Source: Octopus sinensis (lineage: Eukaryota). From it: a stretch of 64,000 nt of DNA. The notes under the pieces are model-generated. The model worked only from the letters and a program-made list of their open reading frames with translations, had not been told where the DNA came from and searched no databases. The stretch lies in the NCBI RefSeq assembly GCF_006345805.1, contig NC_043007.1:24428001-24492000 (forward strand). Direction: 5' to 3'. Positions 24,471-36,578 of the stretch are shown here, in pieces; positions within the stretch are counted from its first letter, which is position 1; each line of letters begins with the position of its first letter. The position numbers were made by a program, and so were the translations under genes.

Positions 24471-25047
24471 ATACTTGTATATCCAGTTTTTCCATGCTGT
24501 CATGTGTTGGGCAAGACTTTTCGCTGGCTGGATCCCTCTCCTGATATGAAGCCCTTACATGCAGAGATTTCAACATCTGTGATACATATGGTCAAAAGAA
24601 TATTGTTCGTGGCTTGTAATGATATCACATGCAGTGAGGTTACGATAATTTCGTGCTTGTGATATCACATAGAATATCATGCAAATTATTCACTGACTGC
24701 AACATCAGATATGGAAATGAAATTATAATTAAGTTAGGATACGTAAACAACGAAGATAGGAAAGAAATAGGATATAATCATACATTAAATTAAAAAATTA
24801 GAAATTTCCATTTACGAATAACATAAAGCAAGAAAATTTATCAATGCTAATGGAATTATAGATTCAAGTCAAGTAAGATGACAGATGACACCTCTCACTT
24901 ACAAGGTATGGAAGGCAAATAAGGAACCTGTAAGATTTACATGCATTTCAGGAAGGCTCAAGAAATAAGGATCAGGTGTGGTGTGGGGGAGTGATGGCGG
25001 TGGTGGTGGTGGTGGTGGGTGATGGGGTGGAATGTTGAGTAAACAGA

Positions 25048-25755
25048 TCTTTTATCTTTTACTTGCTTCGGTCCTTAGACTGTAGTGGAGGCACATGGCC
25101 TAGTGGTTAGAGCAGCGGACTCGCGGTCGAGGGATCGCGGGTTCGAATCTCAGACCGGGCGATGTGTGTGTTTATGAGCAAAACACCTAAGCTCCATGCG
25201 GCTCTGGCAGAAGGCATTGGCGAAACTTCTGCTGACTCTTTCGCCACAACTTTCTCTTACTCTTTCCTCCTGCATCTTGCAGCTCACCTGCGATGGACTG
25301 GCGTCCTATCCAGGTGGGGAACCTATACGCCAAGAGACCGACCCTTATGAGCCAGGCATGGCTCGAGAAGGAATATTAGACTGTGGCCATGCTGGAACAC
25401 CATCTTGAGGAATTTGTAGTCGAATGTATTAACCCCAGTGCTTAATTTTTAAAGCCCGGTAATTATTCTATCAGTCGCTTTTTGCTGAACTGCTAAGGGG
25501 ATGTAAACACACCAGAACCAGTTGTCAAGCCATGGTGGCAGGACAAACACAGACACAAAGACACACACACACACATGTATATATAAACATAGACGATGAG
25601 CTTCTTTCAGTGTCCATCTACTAAAAATTCACTCACAAGGCTTTGGTTGGCCCAGGACTATAGTAGAAGACACTTGCCCAAGGTGCCACACAGTAGGACT
25701 GAACCTGGAACCATGTGGTTGGGAAGCAAGCTTCTTACCACAGAGCCATACCTGG
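25048..25755 (-). mobile_element. SINE family A interrupted by a family D insertion
   Basis: The tail ttttacttg...ttagactgt continues as ttagactgtggccatgctgg after the insert. Confidence 0.85.
25084..25373 (+). mobile_element. SINE family D
   Basis: Matches 13093-13391; TSD ttagactgt at 25075-25083 and 25376-25384. Confidence 0.9.
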
Positions 25756-25804
25756 ATGTTAAGAATGCAATCTAAATGATGCCAGAACATGCTTTTGGTA
25801 ATGC

Positions 25805-25837
<33 letters not shown>

Positions 25838-26088
25838 CCTTTCTACTATAGGCACAAAGCCTGAAATTTTTGAGGAGGGGACTAGTGGATTAACATTGAC
25901 CTCAGTGCTTAACTGGTGCTTATTTCATCAATCCCAGAAGGATGAAAGGTAAAGTCAACTTCAGAAGATTTTAAACTCAGAATGTAAAGACAGATGGTTC
26001 AAATTTTATTATTTATATTATTATTATATGATTGAATGCTACGCACCCTTTTCCAAGTAAGTTTTATATGTATATATATATATATATA

Positions 26089-26485
26089 CTAGCAGTATCG
26101 CCCGGCGTTGCTCGGGTTTGTAAGGGAAATAACTATATAAGCATTTTTAGAGAGTTATAGCCAAAAAATAGCAAAAAAATGCATTAAAATGGAAAAAAAA
26201 AATTATGGTAAATTTTTTTTAAAATCGTTGACTCATCGTAGACATTTTTAGAGAGTTACTTCCCTTATATAATAGCGAAAAATGCATTAAAATGGAAAAA
26301 AATGATGGTAAATTTTTTTTAAATCGTAGACTCATCGTAGACGTGCGCTAATACCCAGAAGGACTCGATATGAATCACGACTATAAGATACCTGGTTTTG
26401 GTTAAACTGCACCGCAAAATGTGGGAGTAGTTAGGAATCTAAATCGTAGGAGACAGACACACAACTTCACTTTTATATATAAAGA
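26089..26485 (-). mobile_element. Non-autonomous Helitron
   Basis: Minus strand: A|TCTTTATATATAAAAG ... hairpin CCCGAGCAACGCCGGG ... CTAG|T, with no TSD. Confidence 0.85.
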
Positions 26486-27610
26486 TATATATATATATAT
26501 ATATGAAAGACAAAATTGACCATGGCAAAATTTGAACTCAGAATATAAGGATGGACGAAATGCTTAGCAGCATTTCGACCAGCATGCTAATAGTCCTGCT
26601 AGCTCACCACCTTATTACTACTACTACTTATAATAATAATAATAATAATAATAATATAATAATAATAATAATAATACTTTCTATTATAGGCACCAGGCTT
26701 GAAATTTTGGGGGAGGGGCTAGTCAATTTCATTGGCTCCAATGCTTAGCAGGTACTTATTTTATTGACCCCCAAATGGATGAAAGGAAAAATCCAGCCTC
26801 AGCAGAATTTGAACTCAGAATGTAAAGATTGTATATTAGGTTAGATGTAGCAGTGAAGTTATCTATGTTAAAGAGGTCTGTGTTGTTGGAAGACAAAAAT
26901 AAATACTAGAAATAGCTACAAGAAATTAGGCAGTGAGTAAAAGAAGGCTGGAAATGGAGAAAGATGGAGATAAAGGTAGAGATAGAAAAGGAAAGAGAGA
27001 GAAAAGGGAGAAGAGAAAAGAAGAGAGAGAGAGGGAGAGAAAGAGAAAAAAGAAGAGAGAAAGAAAGAGAGAGAGAGTGTTGTTCCATAATCAATCCAGA
27101 GCTGGAACAAGGAGCTTTTTCAGGCAAAACCTGAATTGGCAAACATTGATTGAAGTGGTTCTCAGAGGAGCAATAAATAGTTGGGAGCAAAATGATGTGG
27201 AATAATGTCACGGCAACCTTAGTGAAACATTGAAATACTGTTTACTAAATGTTTCGGAGCACTATGAGCAATCTGGCTGCAGGAATGGCCATAGACACAA
27301 GTATATCCATAGATACAAGCATGGCCAGAAATGCAAACGTGGCTGAGTGGTTAAGAAGATTGCTTCACAATCATGACGTCTTTGGTTTCAATCCCAGCAT
27401 AGGGCATATTTTACTGTGTGTGGTCTTTTGAGTGAAATTGGGGCACAGATGGAAACTATGTGGAAGCCTGTGAGATGGACTATACTTGTTATTTCAAACA
27501 AGCCAACTTTTCTCACACAATGCATTGCACTGATTCTACTTGAGGCTTACATTAAGGGTACATGTATCTCAGGAATATTCAGCCAGTTATTCTATAATAC
27601 ATCATAATCA

Positions 27611-28041
27611 TCAAAAATATAAGGAGACAGATAGTGTGTCATATAGCCAACTGGAAACGATATTTCCTGGGGGTTAAATAACAGTAACATTCAACTGCCG
27701 TGTTATGTTGGCAAATAATTTTTACTTTAGATTACTGGTACTGAATGCCTCTCATTGAGAGATTTACAAATAGAAATTTTCTATTTTATTAAATCAGTGA
27801 CTGTGTGTCACTTTAAAAACTATATATTTTGAACAAGAATTTAGCAGCGCCATCTCTTGCTGAACAGTTACTCTGTGCTGATGAAGAGAAATAACACAGA
27901 AATTGCAGTACACAGATATTGTTTTGAGGTGAGTGAGGATGCTAAACTCCGTTATTCAAAAATATAAAGACACAGATAGTGTGTCATATAGCCAACTGGA
28001 GATGATGTTTCCTGGGGCTAAATAACAGTAACATTTGACTG
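27611..28041. repeat. Two ~87-bp direct repeats (27611-27697, 27956-28041) around a 258-bp unique segment
   Basis: tcaaaaatataa.ga.acagatagtgtgtcatatagccaactgga...aaataacagtaacatt..actg occurs twice. Confidence 0.85.
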
Positions 28042-28379
28042 TAAAGACAGATAAAATACCACTAAGCATTTTGCCCGGCATGCTGACGTTTCTACCAGCT
28101 CACCACCTTGGCCTGAGGAGATATTACCTTGCTTGGAAACAGGTTAAGGTTAGAGACAAGAAAGGCATCCAGCTATAGAAAATAGGCCATTACAAACTCT
28201 GTCTGACCCATGCAAGCATAGAAAAGTGGATGTGTAAACGATCATCATCATCATCAATGACATCATCATCATGAAAGTCTTCCATTTATTTTAAGATAGT
28301 AGTGTGTGTTCTGAAGGAATTTGGCTTGTAAATCTTAAAGATTAAGTGAAGGCATAGAGGTTCACTACCCGACTCAATC

Positions 28380-28928
28380 TGTGTGTGTGTGCGCTAATTG
28401 TATGTTTGTATGTGTGCAGTGTGTTGTGTGGGTGATGCAGATTTTGGAAACTGTGTATGTGCTGTGTGTGTGTGCACGCACATATGTGTGTGTGTCTGTG
28501 CACGCACATATGTGTGTGTGTGTGTGTGTGTGCATTGAGTATGTTGTGTGTACTTTATGTGTTTTGTGCATGTGTTGTGTGTATGTGTTTATTGTATGTG
28601 TGCATTGTGCACATGTGTGAGTGTGTGTTGTGTGTGTGTGTGTGTTGTATGTGTGTGTTAATGTGTGTATGTGTGCTTTATGTGTTGTATGCATGTGTTG
28701 CGTGTGTGTTCTTTGTTGTATGTGTGTTATGCATGTGTGTATGTGTGCGTGTGTATTGTGTGTATGTGTCTGCATGTGTGTGTATGTACACACTGCACAT
28801 TATGAGATTGATTTTTATTAATAAAATACACACCATATGGGGAAGTGTACATGCGTGCACATGTATATGTATGCATGTGTGTATGCATGTGTATATGTGT
28901 GTGTGTATGTGTGTGTGTGTGAATGTGT
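28380..28928. repeat. Degenerate (TG)n microsatellite
   Basis: Directly visible in the sequence. Confidence 0.92.
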
Positions 28929-29264
28929 ATTACTTCTTTTGCTCTTGTTGTTGTTGTTGTTCCTTTTCATTTTCTTTTTCTTTTTCTTTTTCTGCAAAAT
29001 CTTTCATAAAGAGAACATTCCAGCGATGGAACATTCTCTGGAAATCCAATTAACGAGGCTAAACAGAATCACAGTGCCATTGTTAGCAACCACTTGATTC
29101 TATATTAAATGTTACGTTTGGAAACGTGTGATGACAACAGTACTAATAGCAAGATTGTTCCAACACTGTTTGATTTACGGTTACACGGAGGGAGAAAACC
29201 TGAAGGAAAAAAAAAAAGAGAAAGAACAGAGAAGAACAGAACCGCTTGTGTTCTGTTGCCCATA

Positions 29265-29430
29265 AACACTATATTACACATCCAGTGGAGCATGCCTGCT
29301 TTATTTCTTTCCGCTGTTTGCACATTCTTCACATTCAAAGCCCATGTTTCACTGCCATATAAAATTACATTTTGTAAACAAGTGTTACACAAGCAACCTT
29401 TCAACCTTTCACTTGTAATGAGCATTGAGA
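29265..29430 (-). mobile_element. RTE-clade LINE fragment
   Basis: RLKGCLCNTCLQNVILYGSETWALNVKNVQTAERNKAGMLHWMCN contains the LYGSETW motif. Confidence 0.8.
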
Positions 29431-29699
29431 GCGTAATTTCGTTTGGGGTAATTTCTGGGTGTCACTTCTGATCTAGCAGACCCGTAATCACTGATACTCC
29501 AGCCATGACTGTCCTGTCGTTTATTTCAGGCAGGGTATTTAGGAATGTGTTATGCAATGTGTAATTTCCTTTTCTGGCGGTCACTGACCATCGGGAGGCA
29601 ACTGTTTACTCGGCCTTCTTTCTGCTTCTTAATGATTATTTTGACCACACAGCTGCTACTTTCAACGGCTATTCTCTCTTTTAAGTCTATTTGGGAAAG

Positions 29700-30183
29700 T
29701 TCCTCTCTCTCTTTCTCTCCCACACACACACTCATACACTCTCTCTCTCTCTTTCAGACACACACACATACTCTCTCTCTTTCTCTCTCCCTCTCTCTCA
29801 GACATACACACACTCTCTCTCTCTCTCACTCTCAGACATACACACTCTCTCTCTCTCTCTCAGACATACACTATCTCTCTCTCTCTCTCAGACATACACT
29901 ATCTCTCTCTCTCTCTCAGACATACACACACACACTCTCTCTCTCTCTCAGACATACACTTTCTCTCTCTCTCACAGACACACACATACTCTCTCTTTCA
30001 GATACACACACACACACACTTTCCCTCTCATTCTCTCTCTCAGACACACACACACAAACACACTCTCTCTCTCATATACACACACACTCTCTCTTTCAGA
30101 TACACACGCACACACACACTCCCTCTCATTCTCTCTCTCAGACACACACACACACACTCTCTCTCTCTCACATACACACACAT
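29700..30183. repeat. Compound (CT)n-CAGA-(CA)n satellite
   Basis: Repeating (ct)n cagacatacac units. Confidence 0.92.
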
Positions 30184-30214
30184 AATCCTCTTCTCCTGAA
30201 GTGTCTTCCATTTA

Positions 30215-30550
30215 AGTGAGACCGAGTTTTGTGAGTGTATTTTGCTAGATGGAAACTGAAAGAAGCCCATTATGTGTATATGTATGAGTATCTCTGTGTG
30301 AGTGTATGTCTATGTTTGTGCCACCTTGTCTTGACATTGCGTTGCAGTTGTAAGTGAGTGTCACTGTCATACAAGCAGTGTTTTTCATTCCTAACCTTCC
30401 ATGAAAACATGTCTGGTCATGAAGAATTATTACCTTACTTGGAAACAGGCAAAGGTTGGCAACAGGAAGGGCATCCATCAGTAGAAAATCTGCCTTTATA
30501 AATCCCCTCCATCCAGAGAAAAGGTGCCTCAATAAACCCTGGCATTAAAA
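30215..30550 (+). mobile_element. Older SINE with an A-like middle and a C-like (aggaagggcatcc) 3' region
   Basis: ggaaactgaaagaagccc followed by ttggcaacaggaagggcatcc and a (GAT)n tail. Confidence 0.65.
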
Positions 30551-30640
30551 TGATGATGATATCATTGATGGTGATGATGGTGGTGGTGGTAGTGATGATG
30601 ATGATGATAATGATGATGATGGTGGTGGTGGTGGTGGTAG

Positions 30641-30675
<35 letters not shown>

Positions 30676-30688
30676 GTGGTAGTGATGA

Positions 30689-30722
<34 letters not shown>

Positions 30723-30774
30723 GGTGGTAGTGATGATGATGATGATGATGATGGTAGTGATGGTGGTGGTAGTG

Positions 30775-30806
<32 letters not shown>

Positions 30807-30825
30807 GGTGTGGTGGTGGTGGTGG

Positions 30826-30856
<31 letters not shown>

Positions 30857-30957
30857 GGTAGTGATGATGATGATGATGATGATAGTGATGATGGTGGTGG
30901 TAGTGATGATGATGATGATGATGATAGTGATGGTGGTAGTGATGATGATGATGATGG
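30550..30957. repeat. (GAT)n/(GGT)n compound microsatellite
   Basis: Directly visible in the sequence. Confidence 0.95.
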
Positions 30958-32183
30958 TATACCCTATGAATCAGAAAGTTAATTTTTGAAGTGTTTGAAA
31001 CGAATACGCATGCACAGAGACTCTCACATATGCAAATGTGATTACATACAGAAAGTTCTACGTTAAATCTTGATCTAATTTAATTCATTTAGTTTAATAG
31101 CAAACAACATATATCTGGCACCAGGGTAAGCCGCGCTGTGGAAAATTGGTCACATGGATCAAATCACAGTTGACTTGGTACTGAGAACTGTGTTTTTCGC
31201 ACAAGCTGCGCACAGCTACCACTACCATATAAGTATAAGAGGAGAGAGAGAGAGAGAGAAAGGGAGACACACAGACAGACAGACAGACGGCAGACAGTCA
31301 GATGTATCAATGCATTGCTCAGTAATTTAAAAGTGTATGAGTTCATTTGTAAGATTTATATTTTCACAGAAGGGAACAATTAAATTTGCCCTGCAAAACA
31401 GTTCTAAGATGTTTTATATATATATATACACACACACATATATATATTCATAATATACAATTACTGCCTTGATTTCTTAGAGAGATTTAAGAACTAGTAT
31501 TTTTGCTTATATTTATAAACACACACACATATATATGCATACATATATATATACATACACATATAAATAAATATATACATATATATATACACACATACAC
31601 ACACACACACACACATATATATATATGTATATATACATACCTATACCTATATATACCTTTACATATATCCATACATATACATATGTATACATAATACATA
31701 TATAATTATATATTACAACATACACACACACATAATTGGGAGCTGATAGGAAATACACACACACACACACACATGTAATTTAGAGCAGATAAAAAAGCAC
31801 AAATCTAAAACGGTTTTAACTATTTAATTTAAATGTGAAATAAATTGGTTTGCTGAGAGATTCCATTACCAAATTTCTTAGATGCCATTGTTTAGTATTT
31901 TAAGCTATTTAATAGGTTTCCATGTTTTGGACGTAAAATAAAAGGAATGAAGAGACATTGGTAGGATAATTGCTTATCTAGAATTCTGTTATTGTCAGCA
32001 AATACAAAATAAAAAAAAAAGAAAAGTAATAGGTGTGTGGTTAAGAAACTTGATTTGGAACCACATGGTTTTGGGTTCAATCAATTCCACTGCAAATGTC
32101 TTCTGCTATAGCCCTGGGCCGAACAGTGTCTTGTGAGTGAATTTGGTACATGGAAATTGTGTAGGTACCTGTTGTAGTTATAT

Positions 32184-32226
<43 letters not shown>

Positions 32227-32372
32227 TGTGAATGTGTGTTTGTATGTGCATGTGTGTGTGAGAGAGTGTGTGGGGTTATTTTGTATGTGTGTATGTGAGT
32301 TTGCATGTGTGTGTGAGTTTGTGTGTGAATTTGTGTGTGTGTGAGTTTCTGTGTGTGTGTGTGTGTGTGTAT

Positions 32373-32713
32373 TCCACTGGCACAGGGGCCAGTCAGGTGG
32401 CACTGGCAACGACCACGCTTGAATGGTTCTTTTTATATTCCACAGGTACAGGAGCCAGTCAGGTGGCACTGGCATCAACCATGCTTGTATGGTGCTTTTT
32501 ACGTGTAACCGGCACAGGAGCCTGTCCGGTGGGACTGGCATTGACCATGCTCAAATGGTGCTTTTTACATGTCACTGGCACAGGAGTCAGTCAGGCGGCA
32601 CTGGTAATGACCATGCTCATATGGTGCTTTGTATGTGCCACTGGCACGGCACCAGTCAAGCGGTACTGGCATCAACAATGCTTGTATGGGGCTTTTTACG
32701 TGTCACCGGCACA
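32373..32713 (-). repeat. Tandem array of ~61-bp units from SINE family C (5-6 units)
   Basis: Unit: ccactggcacaggagccagtcaggtggcactggca..gaccatgct..aatggtgcttttta. Confidence 0.85.
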
Positions 32714-33188
32714 GTCTGAATAAGAGCACTTCTTATGTTGCTCTGCGATCACTTTGACACCCGACACATGGTACACCATACACTTGTCCAGGCAACATTG
32801 ATTTGATGGAGAGAAGGAGCACATACATTTGATGGCACATACATTTGATCACTATAAACGAATCATTTGTGCAGGTCAGTTGGCAAAAATTGAATGGTCA
32901 TACATTGTCTTCGACAGGAGAGTCCATCATCATATATATGTATGCATATCTTTTATCTTTTACTTGTTTCAGTCATTAGACTGAGGCCATGGTGGGGCAC
33001 TGCCTTGATGAATTTTAATTAAACTAATTGGTCTTGGTGCATTATTTTTTAACCCTCATATTTATTCTATCAGTTATTTTTTGTTGAACCACAAAGTTAC
33101 AGGGATGTAAATACACCAACACCGGTTGTCAAATTGTGGTGGAAAAAAAACAGACATAAACACACACACACACACACACACAACATAC

Positions 33189-33266
<78 letters not shown>

Positions 33267-33303
33267 TACATATATATACATATATATATATACATATATA
33301 TAT

Positions 33304-33618
33304 AAATCCTTAAAATCCTTAAAAATGTTTTAGCCCGAAGGCCGCGGCCATGCTGGGGCACCACCGCTGAATGAGCTACACTAGTTTGTGAATCCACCTC
33401 TGATACGTGGCACTTGATCAACAAGGGAGTTCGATGCTGCTGCCCGCATCCGTGTCTCCTGTCGTGAGGTAGGTTCATCTGGGACTCCCAACAAGAAGAG
33501 ATCCAGTTTAGTTTTAAAGAAACCCACATCCACACCATGTAAGTCTCTCAGGCATTTAGGGAGGATGTTAAAGAGCTGTGGTCCTCTGAAACCCAAGCTG
33601 TTGCAGTATCTGGACCTG
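33304..33618 (-). mobile_element. 3' end of a CR1/L2-type LINE (RT C-terminus plus 3' UTR)
   Basis: NSLGFRGPQLFNILPKCLRDLHGVDVGFFKTKLDLFLLGVPDEP...AASNSLVDQ...*; the UTR reads GGTGGTGCCCCAGCATGGCCGCGGCCTTCGGGCTAAAAC and ends in a short tandem tail. Confidence 0.85.
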
Positions 33619-33637
33619 TATTTTGATGGTGATGTTG

Positions 33638-33687
<50 letters not shown>

Positions 33688-33689
33688 TA

Positions 33690-33868
33690 TCATCATCATC
33701 ATCATCATCATCGTTTAGCGTCCGCTTTCCATGCTAGCATGGGTTGGACGGGTCAACTGGGGTCTGTGAAGCTGGAAGGCTTCATCAGGCCCAGTCAGAT
33801 CTGGCAGTGTTTCTACGGCTGGATGCCCTTCCTAACGCCAACCACTCCGTGAGTGTAGTGGGTGTTTT
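33690..33868 (-). mobile_element. SINE-like family C, 3' part
   Basis: (cat)n cgtttagcgtccgctttccatgctagcatggg...ggatgcccttcctaa. Confidence 0.8.
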
Positions 33869-33869
33869 T

Positions 33870-33954
33870 TGTATATATATATGTGTATATATATATATAT
33901 GTATATATATGTATGTATATGTATGTATATATATATATATGTATATTATATATG

Positions 33955-33987
<33 letters not shown>

Positions 33988-34127
33988 TATGTATGTATAT
34001 ATATGTATATTTATATATGTATATATATATATGTATATATATATATGTATATATTATATGTATATATATATATGTATATATATGTATATATATATATATA
34101 TATATATAGTATATATATATATATATT
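33870..34127. repeat. (TA)/(TATG) microsatellite
   Basis: Directly visible in the sequence. Confidence 0.95.
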
Positions 34128-34727
34128 AAGGGCACCAGAAAGTAATGTCACATTTCATCTAATGATCTCAAGTTTTTTTCCTCTGGTAATTACCTAAATG
34201 ATATTAGCTTGGTATTGAAAACAAAGCAAAAAAAAAAAAGAAAAAGAAAAAATTTATTCAAACACGATAAACTATTTTGAATTATTGAAATGAATGAAAT
34301 GAAATGAAACAGAAAAAAAAAACAACAAATAAAAAACAAAACAAAACAAAGAAATAAAAATGTTTATTTTAGAATAGATAGAAAAGTTTAATGTCTGGCT
34401 GTTTCCATAGTTACATTTGAATATTTTAAACTATTTGTGATGCTGATGAGACAGGCTTTAACAGCGTTCTATTGTTTCAAGTTTATCACTTTATGAGGAA
34501 CAAGCTTTCACTAAAATATGGTGTGTCTGTCTGTCTGTCTGTCTGCCCATCTCTGTAGAATAGAAAATTCAGACAAGCCTTCACACCCCCTCTGCAACTC
34601 ATCTTCAAACACCCACTCTTCCATCAATCTTCTATGCTACCCTGCTTCAATCATTTCGCTTCTCTTCTACAAAACTGATATTTTCTGGGTCCAACTCATT
34701 CCATGTCTCCAACCATCTGTCACAGTA

Positions 34728-35123
34728 GTGGAGCCACATGGCCTAGTGGTTAGAGCAGTGGACTCGCGATCAAGGGATCGCGGGTTCGAATCTCAGACTG
34801 GGTGGTGTGTTTATTGTGGAGGCACATGGCCTAGTGGTTAGAGCAGTGGACTCACGGTCGAGGGATCGCGGGTTTGAATCTCAGACCGGGTGATGTGTGT
34901 GTTTATGAGCGAAATACCTAAGCTTCACACGGCTCTGGCAGAAGGTAATGGCGAACCTCTGCTGACTCTTTTGCCACCACTTTCTCTCACTCTTTCCTCC
35001 TGCATCTAGCAGCTCACCTGTGATGGACCAGTGTCCCATCCAGGTGGGGAACCTATATGCCAAGGAAACCGGGAAACTGGCCCTTATGAGCCAGGCATGG
35101 CTCGAGAAGGAACAAACAACAAA
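34728..35123 (+). mobile_element. SINE family D with a duplicated tRNA head
   Basis: Head 34728-34815 is followed by a full copy at 34816-35123; one TSD, catctgtcacagta, at 34714-34727 and 35124-35137. Confidence 0.92.
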
Positions 35124-35302
35124 CATCTGTCACAGTATGCTCACCTCACTCAACACACTTATCTATACATCCACCTTTTCCGCTCCTCTGGTCTGTTCTC
35201 TCTCTCATATTCACCTTGCACATTGAACTTACATCCATCTCCACCCCTTCCCCCTCTCTTTCTATCTATATATCTACCTCTTACTCTGTTTCTTTCCTGT
35301 GT

Positions 35303-35462
35303 CAGGACAATTACCCTCCATAGGACAATTCCCCTGATGATAACTACCCACTAGGACAATTACTCCTTCTCCAATATATTAAGAAGTTTAACTCATCATT
35401 TGTTGTCCTTAGGGGTAATTGCCGTTGGTGGGTTATTGTCCTTGGGGGTTAAATGTCCTAGA
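35303..35462. mobile_element. Small foldback-like element with repeated GGACAATTACCC motifs in inverted orientation
   Basis: Three to four ggacaatt motifs on the left and their reverse complements (ttgtcc / gggtaattg) on the right. Confidence 0.55.
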
Positions 35463-35801
35463 CTCTTCTTTCCAGGTGGGCAAGCCATGTGTTCACCTCT
35501 TCAGCAAGACACCTGCTCCTGTCCGTCTATTCTAGTTTCTTATCCTTTCATTCTATTTCCACTCTGTTGAAGGGTCTTGCCTTACAAGTTACTTAGTGAC
35601 CTCACTGGTGCCGGTGCCACATAAAATGCACCCATGGCACTCTGTGAAGCAAGTGACACTAGGAAGGGCATCCAAGTGTAGAAACCACCCCAAAGCAGAT
35701 AGTAGAGCTTGGTGAGCACACACACACACACACACAAGCAGTGGGTTTCTACACAATTTCTGTCTACTGAATTCACTTCCAAGGTATTGGTTGGTCTAGG
35801 G

Positions 35802-35958
35802 CAGTGTTTCTCAACCAGGGTTCTGAAAAAGATACCTAGGGGTTCTATGAGAAAGAGTGAGATAAACAAATGCTAATTTCATGACTGTAATATTACTATA
35901 AATGCACATCATATGATTCGTTATTGTAATATCCCAAAGCAGACAGAAGAGCTTGGTG

Positions 35959-36001
<43 letters not shown>

Positions 36002-36102
36002 CCTATCTAACCGATTATGTTATCAAAAAATATAATAACCACACATATATATAATGGGAACCAAAGAGGTCCATTGGTAAAAAAATTGGTTGAGAAACAC
36101 TG
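35802..36102. mobile_element. hAT (Charlie-like) MITE
   Basis: Perfect 15-bp terminal inverted repeats (TIRs) CAGTGTTTCTCAACC / GGTTGAGAAACACTG; no TSD recognisable. Confidence 0.8.
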
Positions 36103-36324
36103 AGCTAATCAGTTCTTACATTTTTAAAATGTTAGAAGCTGATTTTAGAGAGATTTGGCTGCTATTTCTAGATTGATAAATGAACTAGCTTTTGAGCAAC
36201 AAGAGAATATAAGATGGTGTCAGTGGTGAAAGTAATATATTTTCACTGTAATAAAGGCTCATTTATTTGCTGAATTCTACAGGAATAAAACACCGTTATC
36301 TTTTAAGAATTCATAAAAAAAAAT

Positions 36325-36578
36325 AAATAAATGTGCCCTTTTAAAGCCTTGCCAGGTTCATGGGCCCAATTTCCCGGTTTCTATGGTCTATGTGTGCCCC
36401 AGCTGGACAGGACGCCAGTCCATCGCAACGTAACTTATTTTTGCCAGCTGAGGGGACTGGAGCAACGTGAGATGGAGTGTTTTGCTCAAGAACACAACGC
36501 GTCGCCGGTCCAGGAATCGAAACTACAATCTTACAATCATGATGCTGACACCCTAACCACTAAGCTACGCACCTCCAC
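36325..36578 (-). mobile_element. tRNA-derived SINE (family E head, Meta-like 3' domain)
   Basis: Minus strand GTGGAGG.GCGTAGCTTAGTGGTTAGGGTG...TTCGATTCC...TTCTTGAGCAAAACAC...TGCGATGGACTGGCGTCCTGTCCAG. Confidence 0.8.
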
